Source: Candidatus Nitrospira inopinata
Lineage (GTDB): Bacteria; Nitrospirota; Nitrospiria; Nitrospirales; Nitrospiraceae
NCBI RefSeq assembly: GCF_001458695.1
Contig: NZ_LN885086.1
Location: 2,700,001 to 2,732,000 of the forward strand
Length of the DNA: 32,000 bases
Direction: 5' to 3'
Under the pieces are notes generated by a model. The model was not told the DNA's origin and made no database searches. It worked only from the letters and a program-made list of their open reading frames with translations. This document shows positions 5,508 to 13,051 of this stretch, one piece after another. Numbering within the stretch: the first letter of the stretch is position 1; each line of letters begins with the position of its first letter. The position numbers and the translations under genes are program-made.

Positions 5508-8123
5508 TTATTCCTCTCGCAATCCTTCCACAATCGACTGTCTCGCCGCCCAGCGCGAAGGGAAGTAGCCTGCCATCAACGTGGCCGCGGCGGCCAATCC
5601 GACCGCTTGCAGGATCCCGCCAAGCGGGACGATCATGTGGATCGTCCAGCCGAACGATTGCTTGTTGATCACCTCGATCAGCAACACGGCCAGCGCTCCT
5701 CCGCCCACCAGCCCCAGTCCTATTCCTATCAGGCCCAGGTACGTCGCTTCCCATAACACCAACTGTCCTATTTGCCTCTCGCCGGCTCCGATGGCCCTGA
5801 GCGTGGCGAACTCCCTCCGACGTTCCAACACCGACGTCACCAGCGTGTTGACGATGCCGAGCATGGCGATCACGACCGCAATCGCTTCAAGCACGTAGGT
5901 CAAGAGAAACGTCCGGTCGAAAATCTCCAGTACTTCCTTGCGAAGTTCGGCGTTGCTGATCAGCAGCGGAGGGAGACGGCCGCCGATCTCGCTCAATCGA
6001 ACCGCCATGCGTTCTCGGACCAGGTCAAGATCGGCTCCTCGGTCCAGATACACGGGAAACACGGTGACGAGGTCGTCCCGCCACAACGATTGATAGAGCC
6101 GGCGATCCATGAGGACTTTTCCTCCGTCGGTCGCATAGTCATAAAACACGGCGACGACGGGAAAACGTCTGGCTCCTTCCGGCGTGACCAGCTCAAGACT
6201 GTCGCCCTCCCGGATCCCAAGCTGATCGGCCAAAATCTCGGAAACCAGCACCCCGTCGATATCCGCCGCGTGAACGAGCCGGTCGGCGGAATCACCGTGA
6301 CGCACCCAATATCGGCTCATCCGGGCATGAATCCGCAAGTCGCGCGACACGATCGCCGCCCGCCTCCCCTGCACGGTCACGCGAACGTCTCGATACGTAT
6401 CGACCTCCGCGACGCCGGGAATCGACGACAAGATCTCCGCCCACGATCCCGGCAAACTCCTTCCCGTACTCCCGGCTTCCGTCCCACGCAGCCAGAGCGA
6501 CGGCGCGACGATCACGTCCGCCATCACGGTCTCCGACACCCAGACTTCCACCGTGTTTCGGAAGCTTTTAATCATGACCAGCACGCCGATCATGATGGAC
6601 AACCCGACCATCAAGGCGGAGATGCTCACCCCGTTGCGGCCGGGATTGCGCGACGCATGATCGATCGCGATCGCCCGTATGATTCCCCCCATCGTTGATT
6701 GAAGCCCTGGCTGCCGGATTCCACGGCGCCAACCGGTCACGCAAACGGGGGCCATGCACGACAGACCGGCCAATAAGCAGAGCGTTGAGGCGTACCCCGG
6801 CACGGGAACTCCATCGATGGGGTCGGCCGTGCTCAACACTCCCGCAATGACGAGCAGGATGAATCCCCCCATGCCCAACGAGCCGACTCGCAGTCGTTGT
6901 CCCGCCTCGTAATCACCGGGCGCCAAGGCCCGCACGGGAGCCGTCCGCGCGGCGTTCATACTCGGCCCGACCGAACCGATCATGGAGACGGCGCAACCGA
7001 CGAGAATTCCTTCCGAGGCCAACCGCCAAAGCCAATCGGACTCCAGGGCAAGACTGTTCCCGACTCCCACGGGAACGTACAAATCCGAGATCGTTCGACC
7101 GAGCAACTTCACCAGTTCTCTGGCCAGAAGAAACCCCGCCGCGCTTCCGATCAAACCGCCGGCCAATCCCAACACGGCGGCTTCGGATAAAAACAAACCG
7201 GCCACCCTCGCTTGCGTCATCCCGATCGCGCGATAGATTCCTATTTCCCGCCGCCGTTGCGCGACCGCAAAAGCCATCGTGTTATAGATCAGAAACATGC
7301 CGACCAACAGACCGACCCAGCTCAGCACTGTGACGTTCAGGCGAAAGGCCCGCATCATGTGATCGACCTGCGCGGTGCGACTCGACGGACGCTCGACCGT
7401 CACGGTCGGCGGAACGATCGCGCGCACCGCTTGCGCGACTTCTTCGACGTCACGATCCTTCTCCGTGACGAGATCGATCCGATCCAACCGCCCGACCATG
7501 CCGAACGTCACCTGTGCCGCCGCAATATCCATGACCGCAAGACGACTCCACAGAGCCGTCCGATCCGTCGCGTCTTCGAGCAGCCCGACGATCTTGCAGG
7601 CCGTCAAACCAGGCCCCACTTGAAGATCGATCGTCTCGCCCACGGAGACTCCCCATTCGGAGGCCAATCCCTTCCCCAACAAAATGGTGTTCGGATCAAG
7701 CATGGCTTCCAACCGGCGATCCGCCGATTGCCGAAGATGAAACCCTCGCGATTCGACTTCGGCAAGAAGATCCAAGCCAAGCACCTGGACGGCCTCTTGG
7801 CGATCGCCGCGCGTGATGACCGCCGTTTGCAGAATGACCGGAGCGCTTGAGAGAACGCCCGGCACGTTTCGGATCGTCGTGATGATTCGTTCGTCCAGCC
7901 CCAGTTCGCCTCCGGAGATTTCGAGAGTCGTCGGCCCCGCCACGGTCAAGACCGCCTGTTCGAACGAGCGCAGAACATCGACGTTGGCCGTCCGCACCGC
8001 CACCGACGCGGAGACGCCGAGCGCCACGCCGATGACGGTCAACCCCGTGCGAAGGGGTCGCTGGAAGACTTGCGCGGCGAGAATCAGCCGCAGCACCTTG
8101 AGAAAGGACACGGCGGCCATCAT
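5508..8123 (-). CDS. ABC transporter permease, duplicated FtsX/MacB-type (YbbP-like, 871 aa)
   Basis: Two repeats of the same module: a TM helix, a large periplasmic domain, then three TMs of FtsX type. Each half begins with an FtsX-like N-terminus (LRTGLTVIGVALGVS.. and NPGRNGVSISALMVGLS..). Confidence 0.88.
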   Translation of the reverse strand: MMAAVSFLKVLRLILAAQVFQRPLRTGLTVIGVALGVSASVAVRTANVDVLRSFEQAVLTVAGPTTLEISGGELGLDERIITTIRNVPGVLSSAPVILQTAVITRGDRQEAVQVLGLDLLAEVESRGFHLRQSADRRLEAMLDPNTILLGKGLASEWGVSVGETIDLQVGPGLTACKIVGLLEDATDRTALWSRLAVMDIAAAQVTFGMVGRLDRIDLVTEKDRDVEEVAQAVRAIVPPTVTVERPSSRTAQVDHMMRAFRLNVTVLSWVGLLVGMFLIYNTMAFAVAQRRREIGIYRAIGMTQARVAGLFLSEAAVLGLAGGLIGSAAGFLLARELVKLLGRTISDLYVPVGVGNSLALESDWLWRLASEGILVGCAVSMIGSVGPSMNAARTAPVRALAPGDYEAGQRLRVGSLGMGGFILLVIAGVLSTADPIDGVPVPGYASTLCLLAGLSCMAPVCVTGWRRGIRQPGLQSTMGGIIRAIAIDHASRNPGRNGVSISALMVGLSIMIGVLVMIKSFRNTVEVWVSETVMADVIVAPSLWLRGTEAGSTGRSLPGSWAEILSSIPGVAEVDTYRDVRVTVQGRRAAIVSRDLRIHARMSRYWVRHGDSADRLVHAADIDGVLVSEILADQLGIREGDSLELVTPEGARRFPVVAVFYDYATDGGKVLMDRRLYQSLWRDDLVTVFPVYLDRGADLDLVRERMAVRLSEIGGRLPPLLISNAELRKEVLEIFDRTFLLTYVLEAIAVVIAMLGIVNTLVTSVLERRREFATLRAIGAGERQIGQLVLWEATYLGLIGIGLGLVGGGALAVLLIEVINKQSFGWTIHMIVPLGGILQAVGLAAAATLMAGYFPSRWAARQSIVEGLREE

Positions 8124-8173
8124 TCGGGCCGGATCACGAGACGCTTGGAGGAGCGGGCAAATCGCTCGATTCG

Positions 8174-8202
8174 TTTACACACTTTTGATCCTTTGTTAGA
8201 CT
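8174..8202 (+). promoter_or_regulatory. Candidate sigma70-type promoter for the LuxR-type gene
   Basis: TTTACA (8174-8179), a 17-nt spacer, then TAGACT (8197-8202), about 30 nt upstream of the ATG at 8234. An AGGAG SD lies 9 nt before the ATG. Confidence 0.35.
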
Positions 8203-8233
8203 AACTTCGTTCAATCGAAAGGAGTGCGCGAAG

Positions 8234-8506
8234 ATGCGAAGCAGAGGCAATACGGCGCTTCAGAGTCCGCGAGCGAAACGTTCTCACCGCGCGTCAGGCC
8301 CTCTGACCCCTCGGCAATCCGAAATCCTGACCATGGTCGCCATGGGCCATACCAACAGGGAAATCGCCGCCGCGCTGGATATCAGCATCCGCACGGTCGA
8401 AGTGCATCGCTATCACTTGATGCACCGGCTGGAGGTCCGCAACGTCGCCCAACTTCTCCGTCGATCATTGAAATTGGGACTGTTGCCGCGCCGCTTCGGA
8501 AAATAA
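8234..8506 (+). CDS. Stand-alone LuxR/FixJ (GerE)-type HTH transcriptional regulator, 90 aa, no receiver or ligand domain
   Basis: LTPRQSEILTMVAMGHTNREIAAALDISIRTVEVHRYHLMHRLEV is a canonical GerE-type HTH. The SD is good. Confidence 0.85.
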   Translation: MRSRGNTALQSPRAKRSHRASGPLTPRQSEILTMVAMGHTNREIAAALDISIRTVEVHRYHLMHRLEVRNVAQLLRRSLKLGLLPRRFGK

Positions 8507-8515
8507 GCCCCAACC

Positions 8516-9445
8516 CTATAACTCCTTGACGGCTCCTCGGAAGTCTTCGACCGAGCGGTATCCTTTCTTGGCCATCAACGCGGCCAACTCGGTTTCGAGC
8601 CTGCCGAACACATCAAGCCCTTCTTCCACCAACGCCGTTCCGATCTGCACGGCGGACGCTCCGCACAGGATGTGCTCAAAGGCGTCTCCGCCGTCCACGA
8701 CGCCGCCCGTGCCGATGATGGGAACGGCGCCCTGAAACAATTTGTAAAACGCGCGGACGTTGGCCAGGGCCACGGGCTTGATGATTTTTCCGCCCACTCC
8801 CCCGAATCCTCCCTTCGGTTTGATGACCACGGTTTCCCGCTCGGGGTCGACGACCAACCCGTTGCCCACCGAGTTGATCACGTTGAGAAAATCGACGCCG
8901 CTTCTCGCGATGACCTGTCCCATCGCCTCATGGTGCGCCGGATCGAAGTACGGCGGAAGCTTCACGCCCATGGGAACCGTAATCAGCGCGCGCGTCCGTT
9001 TCATCACCCGCTCCGAAGCCTCCAGGTCATAACCGATCTGCGGTTTTCCGGGAATATTCGGACAAGACAGATTCACTTCGATTAAATCCGGGCCCGCGGC
9101 GTTGATCGCGTCGGCAATGATCGTAAAATCCTCTTCGCACAGCCCCGCGACGCTCGCGATGACCGGCTTTCCAAATCGTTTGAGATCCGGGATCAATTCC
9201 GCGTAGGCGCGGTAGCCGAGATTGGGGAGCCCCATGGAATTGATGGATCCGCCCGGGAACCCATAATAACGGGGTTCCGGATTGCCTCGTCGGGGCTCGA
9301 CCGTCATCGACTTGGTCACGATGGCGCCTGCGCGCGACCGTCCCAGCGCCGTCAGCTCTTCTCGCGTTACGCACAACGCGCCGGAAGCGTTCATGAAGCA
9401 GGCGGGAAACTTGACTCCCGCGATCGTCGTGGACAAATCCGTCAT
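8516..9445 (-). CDS. pyrD: Dihydroorotate dehydrogenase, class 1
   Basis: Start at ATG 9445 (MTDLSTTIAGVKF..). Motifs present: NASGAL, NLSCPN (catalytic Cys) and GTGGVVDGGDAFEHILCGASAVQIGTAL. The start overlaps the upstream ABC ATPase stop as ATGA (9442-9445). Confidence 0.9.
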   Translation of the reverse strand: MTDLSTTIAGVKFPACFMNASGALCVTREELTALGRSRAGAIVTKSMTVEPRRGNPEPRYYGFPGGSINSMGLPNLGYRAYAELIPDLKRFGKPVIASVAGLCEEDFTIIADAINAAGPDLIEVNLSCPNIPGKPQIGYDLEASERVMKRTRALITVPMGVKLPPYFDPAHHEAMGQVIARSGVDFLNVINSVGNGLVVDPERETVVIKPKGGFGGVGGKIIKPVALANVRAFYKLFQGAVPIIGTGGVVDGGDAFEHILCGASAVQIGTALVEEGLDVFGRLETELAALMAKKGYRSVEDFRGAVKEL

Positions 9446-10140
9446 GACGATACCGACTCCTCCACGCGTTCGACTCGCGCCACGAGCCGGCCGTCCTGCA
9501 TCGTCCAAACGTAGTCGGCGGTCTGAGCCGCGTGCCGGCTGTGCGTCACCAGCAAGACCGTTTGCTTTCCCGCCGTCGCCAGTGTTTTCAACAACGTCAT
9601 GATCGCGGCGCCCTGATGGGAATCAAGGTTCCCGGTCGGCTCGTCGGCCAGAAGAAGCCGCGGGCGATGGGCCAACGCCCTGGCGATCGCCACCCGCTGC
9701 TGCTCTCCGCCGGATAACTCTCCCGGCCGGTGGCTTCGCCTTGGATCCATTCCCACCATCGCCAACATTTCATCCACACGCTTCATCACGTCGCGCCGTC
9801 CCTCCCCGCGCAACAGCAACGGCAGCGCGATATTCTCCTCCGCCGTCAACGCGGGGACCAAATGAAACGCTTGAAAAACGATTCCGATCGTCTCGCGGCG
9901 CAAGGCCGTCCATTCGGCGTTGCTGAACCCCGCGGTGGATCGCCCGCCGAGAACGATCTCGCCCGACGTCGGCTGGTCCAACCCGGCGACAAGATTCAGC
10001 AAGGTGCTTTTGCCGCATCCGCTCGGCCCCACGAACGCGCAAAAGTCGCCTTCTTTTATCTCAAGATCCACCTCGCGCAACGCGGTGACGAGGGTTCCGC
10101 CTCGGACGTAGGTCTTCGACAGTCGTTTAAGAACAACCAT
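9442..10140 (-). CDS. ABC transporter ATP-binding protein (LolD/YbbA/MacB-ATPase-like)
   Basis: Start chosen at ATG 10140 (MVVLKRLSKTY). Walker A is GPSGCGKST, the signature is [15 protein letters not shown], and Walker B is [12 protein letters not shown]. Confidence 0.9.
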   Translation of the reverse strand: MVVLKRLSKTYVRGGTLVTALREVDLEIKEGDFCAFVGPSGCGKSTLLNLVAGLDQPTSGEIVLGGRSTAGFSNAEWTALRRETIGIVFQAFHLVPALTAEENIALPLLLRGEGRRDVMKRVDEMLAMVGMDPRRSHRPGELSGGEQQRVAIARALAHRPRLLLADEPTGNLDSHQGAAIMTLLKTLATAGKQTVLLVTHSRHAAQTADYVWTMQDGRLVARVERVEESVSS

Positions 10141-10259
10141 GCACGCGCCCGCATCGCCGACGAGTGAAGCGCCGTCGCCCCGGTTCGGCACGAACGGGCA
10201 ATCGTATAACATACCGGTTCGGAACGGCACAACCTTGACAGAACCCATGCTTTCGGCTT

Positions 10260-11108
10260 ATGGACCAGTGTCATCGATTTACCGTCGGAATGATGCCATC
10301 GATGGCCGGTTCGTTCATCGATTCCGTTCGAGGGATAACCAGACAGGCCGTGCGATTTCTGTTGCCGGTCGACTGCGCGGCCTGCGGTCTTCCTCTGGCC
10401 GATAGTCCGATTCCTTGCTTCTGCGTCGGTTGTTGGAATTCCATTGTCCCCATCGCCTCTTCCCGCTGTGCCCGCTGCGGCTACCCGTTTCTCTCGCCGG
10501 CCGCGACGTCCCATGCGCCCAACCATACGTGCCAATCCTGCAGGAAACGTCCCCCCTCTTATACGAAGGCCTGGACGTTGTATCCCTACCGCTCGCCTCT
10601 GCGGGAAGCTCTGCACCTGTTCAAATACCAGGGAAAGGTCTCGCTGGCAGCTCCTTTGGCCGGCCTCATCACCGCCCACCTTCCTCGGTTCGAGTCCCTC
10701 GACGTTATCGTTCCGGTCCCCCTCCACATTGAGCGACTGCGCGAACGAGAGTTCAATCAATCGTTGCTCCTGGCGGATCGAATCGGCCGCCGCCTTGGTC
10801 TTCCGGTATCCTGCACCGACTTGATCCGCTGCCGGCCTGCTCCTCCACAAATCTCGCTGAGGCGGAAAGAACGGCTCAAAAACCTCCGCGGCGCGTTCAC
10901 CGTCCCACACCCTCGAGCCGTGGCCGGAAAACGCATCTTGTTGATCGACGACGTCTTCACAACCGGCGCGACGATCAACGAATGCGCCAAGACGCTCCGC
11001 AAGGCCGGATCAAGCGACGTATTCGCCCTCACGTTGGGGCGAACGATGGACGCGAGCCATGTCCCCGATCGATCGTTTCAGCGGCGGGATGGTCGGCCGT
11101 CCGGCTAA
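10260..11108 (+). CDS. comF: ComF/GntX-family phosphoribosyltransferase-domain protein
   Basis: N-terminal Cys-rich zinc-finger-like region (CAACG...CVGCW...CARCG...CQSC) and a C-terminal PRTase motif (ILLIDDVFTTGATINE). The start among the early Met codons is uncertain. Confidence 0.85.
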   Translation: MDQCHRFTVGMMPSMAGSFIDSVRGITRQAVRFLLPVDCAACGLPLADSPIPCFCVGCWNSIVPIASSRCARCGYPFLSPAATSHAPNHTCQSCRKRPPSYTKAWTLYPYRSPLREALHLFKYQGKVSLAAPLAGLITAHLPRFESLDVIVPVPLHIERLREREFNQSLLLADRIGRRLGLPVSCTDLIRCRPAPPQISLRRKERLKNLRGAFTVPHPRAVAGKRILLIDDVFTTGATINECAKTLRKAGSSDVFALTLGRTMDASHVPDRSFQRRDGRPSG

Positions 11109-11127
11109 CGAAGAGGAGAACGCACCC

Positions 11128-11484
11128 ATGCCGATTTACGAATACATGTGTCGAAGTTGTAAAAAACGGAGTTCGCTTTTGGTGTTAAATTATCGCAACC
11201 CGCTCTCGGCTTCCTGCCGCCATTGCGGCAGTCTTGAGTTGGACCGTGTGATGTCCCGGTTCGCCGCGCCAAAATCCGAGGAGGCTCGGATGGAGTCCCT
11301 GGCTGAGTCCGCCGATCTCGATGGACTGGACGAACAGGATCCGCAAAGCATGGCTCGTTTCATGCGAAAGATGAAACGTGAAATGGGCGAAGACTTCGGC
11401 GACGATCTGGACATGGACGCCATGATGGAACAAGAAAGCCCTATGGATCAAACCGGAGAATCGGGCGATAGTGACAGCGAATGA
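11128..11484 (+). CDS. FmdB-family CxxC zinc-ribbon putative regulatory protein with an acidic tail
   Basis: MPIYEYMCRSCKKR...CRHCGS is the characteristic MPxYEYxCxxC ... CxxCG pattern. A GAGGAG SD lies 9 nt upstream of the ATG at 11128. Confidence 0.8.
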   Translation: MPIYEYMCRSCKKRSSLLVLNYRNPLSASCRHCGSLELDRVMSRFAAPKSEEARMESLAESADLDGLDEQDPQSMARFMRKMKREMGEDFGDDLDMDAMMEQESPMDQTGESGDSDSE

Positions 11485-11506
11485 CAGCCATTGTCATACA
11501 TTTTCC

Positions 11507-11535
11507 TTGACAATCTTCGTGTGCCGCCGGACAAT
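11507..11535 (+). promoter_or_regulatory. Candidate sigma70-type promoter upstream of the HTH gene and mraZ
   Basis: TTGACA (11507-11512), a 17-nt spacer, then GACAAT (11530-11535). It is flanked upstream by 10-bp-phased TGACAGC / TGACAGC / TGTCA repeats (11472-11496). Confidence 0.45.
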
Positions 11536-11597
11536 GCGCTCCATTGCCATGATGCGCGTGGGAGAGCTTCCTTGCAAACACGGACCTTGGTGGCGGG

Positions 11598-11795
11598 ATG
11601 GGCGCGCTTCCGAAAAGCGAATTGATGACGGTCGAAGAAACGTGTCGTTATCTGAAAATCACTCGCCGCACGCTCTATCGGTATTTGAGAAGCCATCAGA
11701 TTCCCGCGTTCAAGTTGGGAAAAGAATGGCGGTTCGTCCGGTTGGATCTTGAACAATGGATTCGCAACCGAACCAGAACCGTGACCAATCGCTGA
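11598..11795 (+). CDS. Excisionase-family (MerR-like, HTH_17-type) DNA-binding protein, 65 aa
   Basis: LMTVEETCRYLKITRRTLYRYLRSHQIPAFKLGKEWRF is typical of the small helix-turn-helix excisionase-type domain. The start could instead be the internal ATG at 11625. Confidence 0.75.
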   Translation: MGALPKSELMTVEETCRYLKITRRTLYRYLRSHQIPAFKLGKEWRFVRLDLEQWIRNRTRTVTNR

Positions 11796-11814
11796 GCTGA
11801 CGAGGCCGGGAGCC

Positions 11815-12255
11815 ATGTTCGCCGGAGAATATCTGTGCAAACTGGATGAAAAAGGGCGCTTTATCGCCCCCTCCCCCCTTCGCGAGCAAATCGAAGCGGA
11901 AGGGCAGGCGGTCGTCTTCTTGAAAGGTCAAGAGCAATCGTTGCTGTTGTACTCGGCGAGGGAATGGAACCAAGTGCTCGAGCGAACGAAGGCCTCGCTG
12001 GATGACGATCAAAGCCGTCTCTTCATGCACTTTGTCGTGTCGGAAGCCGGCACCTCGGATATCGATAAAGCAGGCCGCATTCTGATCCCCGCCCGCTTGC
12101 GAAAAATGCTGCCGCTTGATGACGACCAGGAAGTCATCCTGGTCGGTTTGTACCATCGAATCGAGATTTGGAGCCCCGGCGAATGGCGCCGCTATCTGAC
12201 TCGCACGGAAGATCGGTATGAGCAAAACATGGCCAAGATCATGAATCTCTTGTAG
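11815..12255 (+). CDS. mraZ: Transcriptional regulator MraZ
   Basis: Both halves carry the MraZ signature: MFAGEYLCKLDEKGRFIAPSPLR and DIDKAGRILIPARLRKM. Length 146 aa. Confidence 0.92.
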   Translation: MFAGEYLCKLDEKGRFIAPSPLREQIEAEGQAVVFLKGQEQSLLLYSAREWNQVLERTKASLDDDQSRLFMHFVVSEAGTSDIDKAGRILIPARLRKMLPLDDDQEVILVGLYHRIEIWSPGEWRRYLTRTEDRYEQNMAKIMNLL

Positions 12256-12479
12256 CTCGATTCATGCCCTCACGTCGCCGACGATTCATCCCGCGCTCCT
12301 TTCCACTTTCCGCTCCGGTGTTCCCGATTCGCTCTCAGAAAAAAGAGACGCCCTCCGTCTTGGTCCCTCCGATCACACACGCTCGTTCCGCCGGATCACT
12401 CCCACCGCACACGGTTCAAAAACTTGGACGTCAACCTGAATGTTCCTTTACCGTCACGGTCACGTCGGAACATCTGTCG

Positions 12480-12860
12480 ATGATTCTGCCCGTTCCCCCC
12501 AGCATCAACCATCAATATGCCACCGTGAACGGCCGCCGTTTGCTGTCCTCCGCCGGTCGGTCGTACAAAGCTCTCGTCAGCCGCCACATCTGGATCGCCC
12601 TGGCCCAATCACCGGCCCGCGCTTCCTTGATGAAACGGCTCCAATCGGCACCGCTGGCTCTCTCGATCCATTTTTATTTCACGACGCCGCTGCGTCGTGA
12701 CGTGGACGGCGGTTTGAAGATCACGCAAGATGCCGTCTGCGAAGGACTGGGCATCAACGACAACCGCATTGTCGAAACCCATCTGTACAAACGGATAGAC
12801 AAACTCAACCCTCGGATCGAAGTCTGTCTGACCACTGCCGACTCCCCGCCCACGATTTGA
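12480..12860 (+). CDS. rusA: RusA-like Holliday-junction resolvase (endodeoxyribonuclease RusA family)
   Basis: It aligns by eye with E. coli RusA. ILPVPPSINHQY matches ITLPWPPSNNRYY, and LRRDVDGGLKITQDAV matches RRRDLDNLQKAAFDAL. GINDNRIVETHLYK matches WLDDAQVVDYRVVK, so the acidic catalytic residues are kept. The ORF is open from ATG 12264, with TTG 12360 also possible. The N-terminal 72 codons look non-coding, so the start is uncertain. Confidence 0.75.
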   Translation: MILPVPPSINHQYATVNGRRLLSSAGRSYKALVSRHIWIALAQSPARASLMKRLQSAPLALSIHFYFTTPLRRDVDGGLKITQDAVCEGLGINDNRIVETHLYKRIDKLNPRIEVCLTTADSPPTI

Positions 12861-13031
12861 CAGCCGCGCTCCCGCGTCCGCAAGTGAACTTATTAAGATA
12901 GAAGCCGCGTAACGACGCATTCGAAAGCGACGCGCAGCAAGCCCCTGCTCTTCAATACGAATGTTAGGCGGACAAGGTAATGAGGTATGGCCCCTTATCC
13001 AGCATCGCGGCAGAGGGAGCGGCATGAAGAA

Positions 13032-13051
13032 CCCCGCCCTTACGGGCGGGG
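13032..13051. repeat. Perfect 8-bp stem / 4-nt loop hairpin at the 3' end of the IS200-like tnpA relic
   Basis: CCCCGCCC-TTAC-GGGCGGGG. On the minus strand, the stop codon of the last tnpA reading frame lies in the loop. IS200/IS605 ends and REP elements typically carry hairpins like this. Confidence 0.7.

Noticed and set aside
5772-7850. Long plus-strand ORFs (5772-6698, 7212-7850, and similar ones at 16535-17512, 17794-18486, 21974-22639, 28351-29112 and 29296-30132)
   Set aside because: All lie antisense to well-supported genes (ABC permease, MacA, accC, coaBC, clpC). They have Arg/His/Pro-rich, low-complexity translations.
10180-10222. Direct repeat CCGGTTCGG (10180-10188 and 10214-10222) in the divergent ABC-ATPase/comF intergenic region
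   Set aside because: It is short and has no associated promoter. The nearby TTGACA (10235-10240) has only a poor -10 that overlaps the comF ATG. The evidence is insufficient to call a regulatory site.
10056-10910. 284-aa minus-strand ORF overlapping comF
   Set aside because: It is antisense to a gene with clear ComF motifs. It has an Arg/Gly/Ala-rich, junk-like composition typical of spurious ORFs in GC-rich DNA.
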